The notes beneath the pieces were generated by a model. That model saw nothing but the letters and a program-made list of their open reading frames with translations, had not been told where the DNA came from and ran no database searches. From contig CAYOQL010000006.1 of assembly GCA_964406085.1 (NCBI GenBank), positions 3,657 to 67,656 on the forward strand: a stretch of DNA of 64,000 nt. Reading direction: 5' to 3'. The stretch's first letter is position 1, and each line of letters opens with the position of its first letter. This document shows, in pieces, positions 50,540 through 58,769 of this stretch. This DNA is from an uncultured Herminiimonas sp. (GTDB lineage Bacteria > Pseudomonadota > Gammaproteobacteria > Burkholderiales > Burkholderiaceae_D). A program made the translations under genes and the position numbers.

Positions 50540-52555
50540 ATGGTAAAGCGAGAGATAACAGGAATCGGGAGAGATGATTTCACATTTGAAGTAGGCCAGT
50601 ATTTTAGGAGCGGGAAAACTGTATTCAGAATTACAGATGAGCATGGCACGCACTTTAAGTTGGAACACGTCATATCGATGGAATCTAAATTCATTGAGAT
50701 GACAAAGTTGATGAGCCAGTTTTTGGCAGGTGAAATTTTGCCTTGTTCTGAAAACGATTTGATTAGAGCAATTAGAAACGATGGATTTGTGGAGGATGAC
50801 CAACCGGCCACAATTAGTGGTGAAATGTCGATGTTGAGCGATGCGGCAAAAGAAGCAGGAAGACTTTCGCTTAAATATATAACGAAGTTGCAGGAGCTTG
50901 GATACTCCAGTTTGCGACCTACGCCCTTGTTAGAACTTGATATCGAGCGGCTGAGAAAAATATTCAGCGATTCGAAAGCACCAAGGCCATCAACTCTTTA
51001 TCGAATTTCATTGGATATGGAGCGACTTGGGGGAGATAGGCGCGCAGCCTACCCGAAATTCGCACAAAGAGGTGGACGTGGAAAAACAAGAATGCATCCA
51101 GTGGCACAGCAAGCGTACCAAGATAGTGTGGAGATGCTCATACGTAATCCAAAGGCGCGAATTGCGTACACAAAGCTTTCACAAGACGTATGGTTGCGAT
51201 TGGTTGAGCAAGAAGGGCAAGAAAAGGCAATGTTGTTACAGCCTTCATTGTCGACTGTAACTAGAGAAGCCAAAAAAATATTTCCCGCCTATGAAATATG
51301 CGTCAGAAACGAAGGAAAAAAAGCTGCCGACAAAAAATTCCGCAGCTGGGCGCCTAGAGATGGGGCGACCGCGCCACTTGAAGTGGTCGAATTTGATGAT
51401 AAGGATAGTAGGGTGTTTGGTATTGACGAGCGTACTGGACTACCGGCTGGAAGATTATTCGTAACAACTGGAGTGGACCAATATACCGATGTTCCATTGG
51501 GATTTTCAATTAGTGACCAACCGCGAAATACTTGGTCCGCTATCAATGCATTAGTTAACTGTGTATTGCCTAAAGACCTAACCCACCCTGATTTCTCTGA
51601 AGTTGTTACTGACCTACCTTACATGGGAAGGATGGGTATTGCCGTCTTCGACAATGCCTTATACAACCATTCGAAGATGCTGGAAGAAGCAGCGCTCGAT
51701 GTGTCTAAACACATCTTCGCGTTCGCGAAACCATATACCCCAACAGAAAAATCAAAGGTTGAAGATTTTAATGGCCAGATGGCTAAAAACTTTTTTGCAA
51801 ATCTGCCGGGATTCCTGGGAAAAAAAGATTCTCGTGATTCACTTGTTGAAGGGGTAGCTGCCGCAAATATGTCAGTAACAGATTTTAGAAAGAAATTTCT
51901 AAATTGGGCTTACAACGATTACTGCAACAAGCCAAGAGCTTCTGGGATGACGCCACGGCAATGCTGGGAGTTAGGGATGATAGGGCGTAAGCCTAGAATT
52001 CCAGGTGATGTTAATAGCGTTCATTTGGCAGCTATGTTACGTCGCAAACTTAGGTTGCGACCCGAGCTTATTCAATTTACTGGACTGATATATCAAAACC
52101 AACGTCTGGAGGTTATGCGAAGAAAAATCGGCCATAACGCTGAGGTGGACATTAGATATCATCCAGAGCGTTTGGATAGAATTTTCGTATTTGACCCATA
52201 TGCGAAAGAATGGTTTTTCGTACCGAGTGCAAATCCAGAATACACAACAAATCTCTCGCTTTATCAACATAGCCTTATAAGAAAAAAAGCACGCGAGACG
52301 GGCGCAAAAAATCCCTCTATTCCTATTCTTTTGATACATCGCGCGGAGTTGGCGAAATTGGTCTTTCAATTACGGTATTCACCAAAAGTAAAGAACAGAA
52401 AGTGGGCAAAACGTGTAATGGGCGAGAACGGTTTTGCGATTACTGAAAAGACTACCGAAATTATTGTCATGACAGAATTGGAGGCGCAGGTCGCGGAAAT
52501 TGAAGCCGTCGAAATGGACGATAGCGTTGAGGAATGGGAGTTTCCGACGATATGA
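50540..52555 (+). CDS. tnsB: TnsB-like DDE transposase (Mu/rve family)
   Basis: 671 aa. Candidate DDE residues lie in VVEFDDKD, IAVFDNALYN and SKVEDFNG. Located between the tnsA-like and AAA+ genes. Confidence 0.85.
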   Translation: MVKREITGIGRDDFTFEVGQYFRSGKTVFRITDEHGTHFKLEHVISMESKFIEMTKLMSQFLAGEILPCSENDLIRAIRNDGFVEDDQPATISGEMSMLSDAAKEAGRLSLKYITKLQELGYSSLRPTPLLELDIERLRKIFSDSKAPRPSTLYRISLDMERLGGDRRAAYPKFAQRGGRGKTRMHPVAQQAYQDSVEMLIRNPKARIAYTKLSQDVWLRLVEQEGQEKAMLLQPSLSTVTREAKKIFPAYEICVRNEGKKAADKKFRSWAPRDGATAPLEVVEFDDKDSRVFGIDERTGLPAGRLFVTTGVDQYTDVPLGFSISDQPRNTWSAINALVNCVLPKDLTHPDFSEVVTDLPYMGRMGIAVFDNALYNHSKMLEEAALDVSKHIFAFAKPYTPTEKSKVEDFNGQMAKNFFANLPGFLGKKDSRDSLVEGVAAANMSVTDFRKKFLNWAYNDYCNKPRASGMTPRQCWELGMIGRKPRIPGDVNSVHLAAMLRRKLRLRPELIQFTGLIYQNQRLEVMRRKIGHNAEVDIRYHPERLDRIFVFDPYAKEWFFVPSANPEYTTNLSLYQHSLIRKKARETGAKNPSIPILLIHRAELAKLVFQLRYSPKVKNRKWAKRVMGENGFAITEKTTEIIVMTELEAQVAEIEAVEMDDSVEEWEFPTI

Positions 52556-53568
52556 GCGAGATTTTAGACAAGCAACATTGGGTGAATGTGCCTAAGCAAT
52601 TACGTCAGCGCTACATAGCGAATGAACTCGACGTATTACATCCTCCGTTAACCCGCATCTTGAAGCAGCTGTTCCGGTCCGCGGCCGCGTGTAAGAACAA
52701 AGGAGCGGGCGATGCTGCCCTAATTATTGGTGGGAGTGGAAGCGGTAAGTCACACCTTATCGATATGGTTTTTAGACATAAAACTGCAGACCACACAGGC
52801 GACATTAGCAAGGTGCCAATAGTTAGATTTTCGGTACCCTCTGCTCCTACTCAACGAGCAATGAGCTCCCAATTGTTGCTCGCTCTCGAGCACCCGAAAA
52901 GTCGCTATGGCAATGCACAAGATATGTTTAACCGGGCAATTACTCAAATTCGTGCAGTGCAAACCGAAATTATTATGATTGATAACGTCCACGACATTCC
53001 AGAGCGCCGAAGGGCGGGAGGTGTCATGCAAATAGGAAATTGGATAAGGGATTTAATTGACGAATCACATTGCTTGGTAGCGTTGTTCGGTACACAAGCA
53101 GCAAGGCAGGTCACGGAAGCAAATGCGCAGTTAAGGCGACGCGTGCCGACTCACATGCATATCGATTATTTTGGTATTGAAGTTCAAAGAGATATTGCCA
53201 TATTCCGTCGCTTTCTTCACGAACTGGACAAGAGACTTCCTCTTGTAGAAATATCAGGCCTGAGTGACTCAGACTTGATGGTGAAACTTTACTGGGCGAC
53301 GGGAGGTATTGCCGACTATATCTTTCGCTTCGTGAGCGAAGCAGTTGATATTGCGGTAGAACGCGGACGAGAGAAACTGCTACTAGAAGATTTCGAGGCG
53401 GCCTTTAATTTAATCTTTCAAGATGCAGCTCGAGACATAAATCCATTCTCATCAGACGGCCCTCAACGTTTGCTCGACCAGACAGGCGAACCATTCCACA
53501 ACTGGTTCGATAACTCTAATCCGCGTCCTGAGAAACATCAGGTTCAGAAGGCGTCTGTGGCGAGATGA
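52552..53568 (+). CDS. tnsC: TnsC/TniB-like AAA+ ATPase
   Basis: Walker A GGSGSGKSHL and Walker B IIMIDNVHD. ATGA overlap with tnsB. Confidence 0.85.
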   Translation: MSEILDKQHWVNVPKQLRQRYIANELDVLHPPLTRILKQLFRSAAACKNKGAGDAALIIGGSGSGKSHLIDMVFRHKTADHTGDISKVPIVRFSVPSAPTQRAMSSQLLLALEHPKSRYGNAQDMFNRAITQIRAVQTEIIMIDNVHDIPERRRAGGVMQIGNWIRDLIDESHCLVALFGTQAARQVTEANAQLRRRVPTHMHIDYFGIEVQRDIAIFRRFLHELDKRLPLVEISGLSDSDLMVKLYWATGGIADYIFRFVSEAVDIAVERGREKLLLEDFEAAFNLIFQDAARDINPFSSDGPQRLLDQTGEPFHNWFDNSNPRPEKHQVQKASVAR

Positions 53569-55085
53569 GAGAAACCGAATTTCACCCCCATTCTGCTTAT
53601 GAAGAGTCGGACATGCGTACAAAACCTTGTGCCGGGAGACAACGGTCGCGGTCGCAAACGGGAGTACGCCTATTGGTGCGTTTGGATGCAAATAGCAATC
53701 CAAATCGCCAAGACCATTTGATGAGAGTTGCCGAAGCTAACGCTTTAAGCGGGATAGCAGATTTGACCATAATGCTCGGGGTCCGATATATGGCCTTGGT
53801 TTCTATGTCGTCAACTGAATTAAATGCCCTGTTAATGGGTACGCGGCTACACGCATTAGCCTCAAATGCGGTACAGGTTCGGGGACCGCAGGTGAGTCGC
53901 TATGGACTGTCGCAATATGCTCGAATATGCCCACAATGCGTAGCTGAAGATATTCCACAATCCCAAGTATTTAATTCGTCTCTACCGGTCCATTGTCCAA
54001 TTCATAAAATTCTTCCGTTGGACTTTTGCCCGGGTTGCGGGTGCAGTCTTAGCTATCTTCGGCGCACCGTTAGACGTTGCAATTGCGGCTTTCAATTCGC
54101 GACGGCTAGAAGTCAAAGCCCCCCAATGTGGCTTCAGGTTTTGTACGGCATATTTGCACCATGGCACTTGACTGGATTTGTAGAGGATGAATTCAGAATG
54201 ATTGCGTCTGAAGATTATAGAGCTGCAGAATTGATTCAAACACTTCTTGGATACAAAGAAGTGGCTTTACAACGAAGGCGCATTACTTCGAAGGATTTCA
54301 ATGAGCTTGAGAGTTTTTTTGATAATTGGAAAGAAAAATTTCGCTTAGCCATAACTCCATATTTTGAAACAAAATCGCCGGCTGGTAATTCAAAATTTTT
54401 GAAGCGACTATCCAAGCATAACGAGGTCCTAAATAAGTCCGTAATCGCGGCTGGTATAAATTTTAGTCCGGCGCAGATGTCAATAAAGGATAGTCGGAAA
54501 GAACCTGAAAAAAATGAAATAAGAGCTAGCGCCGTTCGAAAAAAAGCAAAACTAGATGCAGAAGCAATGCGCCAATACCTGTTGTCAGTAGAGTCAGTAA
54601 GCGTCACGACTTATGAAAGTGGGCGAAAATTTCAAACTATAAATTCATCAGGAGTTAAGGACGTTGAAGAGTACTTGTATGGCACGATGAGTATTCAGGA
54701 TTCGTCGACATACCTTGGATATAACGTTTCCGATTTGCGCGCGCTAGCAAAGGTAGGACTTGTAAAATCTCAAATGCTTGTAGTTAAACCTCGCTCTCCA
54801 AGGTTTCTCAAGGATTGTCTTGATGAGTGGCTTCATATCTTGGCTAGAGCGTCAGTAAAAATCACAAAGCTGGATGAAAAATTAGTTAGGCTAACGGACA
54901 TTACTGCTCACAAGGCAAGCGGAGACGTTCGAACAACATGGTTGCGATTGATGAAGAAGATTCAGGCTCGACAAATTGTTCTTTCGTTGCTGGGCTCTCC
55001 GTCACAGGCGTCGAATTTCTATGTAAATTCCCGAGACCTTGCAGAAATTGGTTTCTTAAAAATATACAACATGGCTCCCAAATAA
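53565..55085 (+). CDS. tniQ: TniQ/TnsD-like target-selector paralog 1
   Basis: 506 aa. Cys-rich segment CPQC...CPIH...CPGCGC...CNCG after a TniQ-like N-terminal region. ATGA overlap with tnsC. Confidence 0.6.
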   Translation: MRETEFHPHSAYEESDMRTKPCAGRQRSRSQTGVRLLVRLDANSNPNRQDHLMRVAEANALSGIADLTIMLGVRYMALVSMSSTELNALLMGTRLHALASNAVQVRGPQVSRYGLSQYARICPQCVAEDIPQSQVFNSSLPVHCPIHKILPLDFCPGCGCSLSYLRRTVRRCNCGFQFATARSQSPPMWLQVLYGIFAPWHLTGFVEDEFRMIASEDYRAAELIQTLLGYKEVALQRRRITSKDFNELESFFDNWKEKFRLAITPYFETKSPAGNSKFLKRLSKHNEVLNKSVIAAGINFSPAQMSIKDSRKEPEKNEIRASAVRKKAKLDAEAMRQYLLSVESVSVTTYESGRKFQTINSSGVKDVEEYLYGTMSIQDSSTYLGYNVSDLRALAKVGLVKSQMLVVKPRSPRFLKDCLDEWLHILARASVKITKLDEKLVRLTDITAHKASGDVRTTWLRLMKKIQARQIVLSLLGSPSQASNFYVNSRDLAEIGFLKIYNMAPK

Positions 55086-55095
55086 AGGCCAAGCG

Positions 55096-56655
55096 ATGTT
55101 CTTGATTCGGCCCAAACCTCTGTTATCTGAGTCGCTGTCGTCATGGAGGCAGCGAGCCGGGGTCGCTAATGGATTCCGAAGATATCCACGACCAGACGGA
55201 TTGTATTCGTGGGCCGAGCCAGACTGCTTTCCAGCGCTTAAGGAGGCCCAATGGTTACAAGACGAATATAGACTTCAACCAGAAGATGTTCGCGCCATGT
55301 GCTTGGAAGCTGTTGGCAACAATATTTCGTTCGACTTTGGTAGAACAAAAAAACTTCGCTGGGTAATTCCCTGCGCTAATCGGAAAGTATGGAATCTGGG
55401 CGGAAGCTGCTGTCCTCTTTGTCTTGAGGAAGACGAAATTCCATACTTTAGATTGTCTTGGCGTTTTGCGTTTATCACCCATTGCCCAAAACATGGATGC
55501 CCGTTAATAGAACAATGTTCTACTTGTTCGACCTTACTTTGGCCAACGAATGTTCGAAATATATCCACCAATAGGCAGTTTGATTTCCGCAATTGCCACA
55601 GTTGTGGCAGTGCGCTTGAAGCATGCGGGGATATGCATGAGCCTTTGATGTCAACATCGCGAGTACTTTGGGATTGCGCTACTACGCAGCTTGTGCCTGC
55701 ACATTTAAAGCAAGCTAAAAACTCTTGTGAGGTGTTCTCCGCGTTGTGGGCAATTAGTCAGCTGCTACTTCGTAAAAATGCGAGTGGAATTTGGAAGTTT
55801 TTCCCAGATGATTTCTCAAAGTTCGATAGGGGTAAATTCAATTTTGGCGAAGGAATAAATACAATCGAGTTACTTCCAAATGAAGCTAGGCGAAGCGTCA
55901 TTGATGCTGCTTATTGGATGATTTCAGAATGGCCTAATCATTTTGTATTGATATCCCAAAAGGCGCATTTGTCACGTTATCTTTTTTCGCCTATTTGGCT
56001 GAGTCAGCCGCAATGGATGACTAATGTTATTGAAGAAAACTTATCCATCAGAACAATCGGCATTACAAGTCTCCAAGTGCACGCTGCAATTGACTCAATA
56101 AAAGATGCGGGAAAGCCTGTTTCAAAGATGGCGGTTCGCCGGGTCCTTGGCGTCTCAGAATCGTTGGCCATCAATGAAATATTATCGCAGCGCCGCACAG
56201 GTTCGTTGGGCGAGTTAAAGAGACTGTGTGGAATGTTTGAGCATAGGTTAATGACAGTTTCAGATTCGCGCGACCAGAAAGCTAGCCTGATTCGGGATTA
56301 TCTGATTTTCTTGGTCAGCGCCCTCCTTAACCAAAAAATTGAAAAAGTCTGTCTGTTGACTAAGGATTCTGTCGCTACGTTGCTTTCGACAGAATCTTTG
56401 CATGGAGTGAGCTGCACGCCACTTTATAAGCTCATCAGTCATCGCGCCAATCAGTTAAATGACATTTATCTTGAGCAATACCGGTTATTGAATCCGGATT
56501 TTTTGATTTGCGATGGTCGAATGTTTTTGGCTCGTAACGGCGACGTACTTGCTGGGCATACAGTCAGAGACCGAATTACAAAAATGATGAAATCAGGATT
56601 CCCCCCCGACCTATGGAAAAGTGCGGACGTTTTCTTAGGCGTAATCGGGAAATAA
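55096..56655 (+). CDS. tniQ: TniQ/TnsD-like target-selector paralog 2
   Basis: 519 aa. N-terminus PKPLLSESLSSWRQRAGVANG and CCPLCL...CPKHGC...CSTC are the classical TniQ pattern. Confidence 0.8.
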   Translation: MFLIRPKPLLSESLSSWRQRAGVANGFRRYPRPDGLYSWAEPDCFPALKEAQWLQDEYRLQPEDVRAMCLEAVGNNISFDFGRTKKLRWVIPCANRKVWNLGGSCCPLCLEEDEIPYFRLSWRFAFITHCPKHGCPLIEQCSTCSTLLWPTNVRNISTNRQFDFRNCHSCGSALEACGDMHEPLMSTSRVLWDCATTQLVPAHLKQAKNSCEVFSALWAISQLLLRKNASGIWKFFPDDFSKFDRGKFNFGEGINTIELLPNEARRSVIDAAYWMISEWPNHFVLISQKAHLSRYLFSPIWLSQPQWMTNVIEENLSIRTIGITSLQVHAAIDSIKDAGKPVSKMAVRRVLGVSESLAINEILSQRRTGSLGELKRLCGMFEHRLMTVSDSRDQKASLIRDYLIFLVSALLNQKIEKVCLLTKDSVATLLSTESLHGVSCTPLYKLISHRANQLNDIYLEQYRLLNPDFLICDGRMFLARNGDVLAGHTVRDRITKMMKSGFPPDLWKSADVFLGVIGK

Positions 56656-56724
56656 TTAACGCCTCTCAAATCACAGGGATTATTAAAGATTAGTAAGAGA
56701 TTTACTAATTGAAAGAATGGCAAT

Positions 56725-57228
56725 ATGGATAGGTACTTACTCTCTTTAGAGCTGAATGCTGCAGCAATGAAGCAATGCATCAACGCACGGCAAGTCTTCA
56801 CTGCATATGAGACGGCGTTGAAGCATGGGTGGCATTCAATTGCTGGGCTAAGAGAAGCGCTTAGGAAACAGGAACATCTTAACGCTGAATTCAATGTAGG
56901 CAACGTCGATTTAAACACATTTGAATGGCTGCAGCAGGAGGCGGCCGTAAATAGAATTGTAATTGGTGAGCATTCCTTTTATGCGTACGAGGCCAATGCT
57001 GGTGTCCGGCTTAAGTATGAGTGGGAGCAAACGAGCCTAGAGACGGTGCAAGACTATTCTTTGTTACCTTATGAGGCGGTAGTAGTCGCAGTAGACGGCC
57101 GAATGGCACGTATGCGAACAATGCAGCCGCACGATTATGTGAATGCAGGTTATCCATTAGCCGATATGGTCAGGCGAATGATTGCCGACAATAGAATCTA
57201 CGTTAGCTATGGCGACTCCAATGAGTAG
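56725..57228 (+). CDS. Hypothetical protein
   Basis: 167-aa ORF in island-type composition. No family recognised. Confidence 0.4.
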   Translation: MDRYLLSLELNAAAMKQCINARQVFTAYETALKHGWHSIAGLREALRKQEHLNAEFNVGNVDLNTFEWLQQEAAVNRIVIGEHSFYAYEANAGVRLKYEWEQTSLETVQDYSLLPYEAVVVAVDGRMARMRTMQPHDYVNAGYPLADMVRRMIADNRIYVSYGDSNE

Positions 57229-57360
57229 ACGAGCTAAATCGGCTATCGCTAAGCTGTATTTGCTCTAAATTACTTGCTGCATTTTATCTTTCGCTCGTCT
57301 ACCGATTAAACCAATTTGACTTGATTTCACTTCTCTAATCGACAGCCTAGTAACAATTTA

Positions 57361-57463
57361 TGTGACGATTGTTGTTACGATTATTGTGACGATTAAATTA
57401 TGGTCTTTAAGAGGAGAACTGGAGATTTTACTTACTGATTTTGTAACGATTTATGTGACGATT
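57361..57463 (+). repeat. Five direct copies of TGTNACGATT in two 12-bp-phased clusters
   Basis: Copies start at 57361, 57373, 57385, 57442 and 57454 (TGTGACGATT, TGTTACGATT, TGTGACGATT, TGTAACGATT, TGTGACGATT). Confidence 0.9.
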
Positions 57464-57486
57464 ATTTAGTGAGCGCGGAATACAAA

Positions 57487-58557
57487 TCACCCTAGGCGAA
57501 TCAAGAAATCAGACACCTTCAGATGTGTATAACGCTTTAGCATAATGAGCGTCTTATGGCCTGTAATCGCCGCGACTTCCATTTCCTTAAAACCCTTTTC
57601 AAAAAGCCTTGTTGTTGCCTCATGTCTTAGGTCGTGAAACCTAAAATCCTCAATGCCACAAGCTCTACAGGCGTTCTTAAAATCCGTTGTAATCACATCC
57701 GCATTCCTATCGACAATCGAGATTTTAGACGTCCGCGGCATTGCCTTTAGAGCCAGGATTGCACGTGTAGATAATGGCACCTCGCGAGGCTCTCCATTTT
57801 TTGTGTCACGTAAATAAATCAACCTGGTGTCAAGATTGACATCGCCATACTCCAAGCTGGCTATCTCGCCGCGACGCATGGCAGTCTCAGTGGCGAGAAT
57901 GATGAGGTTTTTCAAACGAACGTCACCTACCTTGTCACAATAAGCAAGAAGACGAAGTTCTTCATCTTGGCGAAATCTGCGGTCACGCCCTCTGGCAATC
58001 TTTGGCTTACGGAACATGCTAGTGGGGCTGACGAGCTCCTCATATCCCCAATCTGTCCGTGCGACTTTGTATAGATGAGAGATAAGTGCGAACTCCTTTT
58101 GGAGTGTGCTGCCACTGATACCTTCGCGCAGGCGGTTATCACGATGAAGAGCAAGATGATGTCCTCGTATCGCTAGCAAGGGGAACGCTGCAAGGGGATG
58201 GCGCTGCCAGCGCCTTATGTAGTTTCTTTCAATTGCGGCCCCCTTCTTTTCGGGTGTCACTTCATCCAGATATCGATTTAGCGATTCATATAGTGTGGGT
58301 GTTTCATACGCCAAGTTAGCGAGGCAGGGAATTTTAAAATCCTCGCTCGCAGTCGGTGCCGGCGGTTGTTTTGCTGAATCAGCTAAGCGCAGCCTTCTCT
58401 CAATGGCAGATTGAATTTGGAAAATAAGATTCTCTTGAAAAGAAGCCCATTCTTCGGCCTCCTTCCTTGTTGAGAATGTCTTTGTTAACCGAGGGCAGTC
58501 GGGGAGAGAGATGCGTGCGCGGAATCGGCCTGGATAACGACTGTCGATAGATGCCAT
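57487..58557 (-). CDS. Tyrosine site-specific integrase
   Basis: ATETAMRRGE (Arg I), HDLRHEATT (H-x-x-R) and GHKTLIMLKRYTH (catalytic Tyr region). Internal start MASIDSRY. Confidence 0.85.
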   Translation of the reverse strand: MASIDSRYPGRFRARISLPDCPRLTKTFSTRKEAEEWASFQENLIFQIQSAIERRLRLADSAKQPPAPTASEDFKIPCLANLAYETPTLYESLNRYLDEVTPEKKGAAIERNYIRRWQRHPLAAFPLLAIRGHHLALHRDNRLREGISGSTLQKEFALISHLYKVARTDWGYEELVSPTSMFRKPKIARGRDRRFRQDEELRLLAYCDKVGDVRLKNLIILATETAMRRGEIASLEYGDVNLDTRLIYLRDTKNGEPREVPLSTRAILALKAMPRTSKISIVDRNADVITTDFKNACRACGIEDFRFHDLRHEATTRLFEKGFKEMEVAAITGHKTLIMLKRYTHLKVSDFLIRLG

Positions 58558-58654
58558 ATTTTTATTAACTGAATGTGGGGAGTTTAAAAATAATTGAATA
58601 CCTATTGCGCATTCAAGGCATGTACACGATGTCTGCAACTATTTTTAACAAAGC

Positions 58655-58672
58655 ATCCCATATCTATGGGAT
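58655..58672. promoter_or_regulatory. ATCCCATA-TC-TATGGGAT perfect palindrome, copy 3
   Basis: Located in the divergent integrase/helicase intergenic region. Confidence 0.55.
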
Positions 58673-58769
58673 AGGCCAACACTAGCCACGTGATACTTTG
58701 TGGCAACGAAAAAACTAATGACAAGGCCTCCTTGCGACGATTTCGCTAGAAGGTTAAAGGGAACACGTA

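Larger units (their letters stand above)
49139..56655 (+). mobile_element. Tn7-like (Tn6022-type) transposition module: xre, tnsA-like, tnsB, tnsC/tniB, two tniQ paralogs
   Basis: Co-oriented genes, three of them joined by ATGA overlaps. See the individual CDS entries. Confidence 0.8.

Noticed and set aside
57361-57463. The TGTNACGATT repeats as the Tn7-like left end or a mini CRISPR array.
   Set aside because: All five copies are direct and 12-bp phased with no spacers. No inverted counterpart was found near the tnsA-proximal side (48780-49140).
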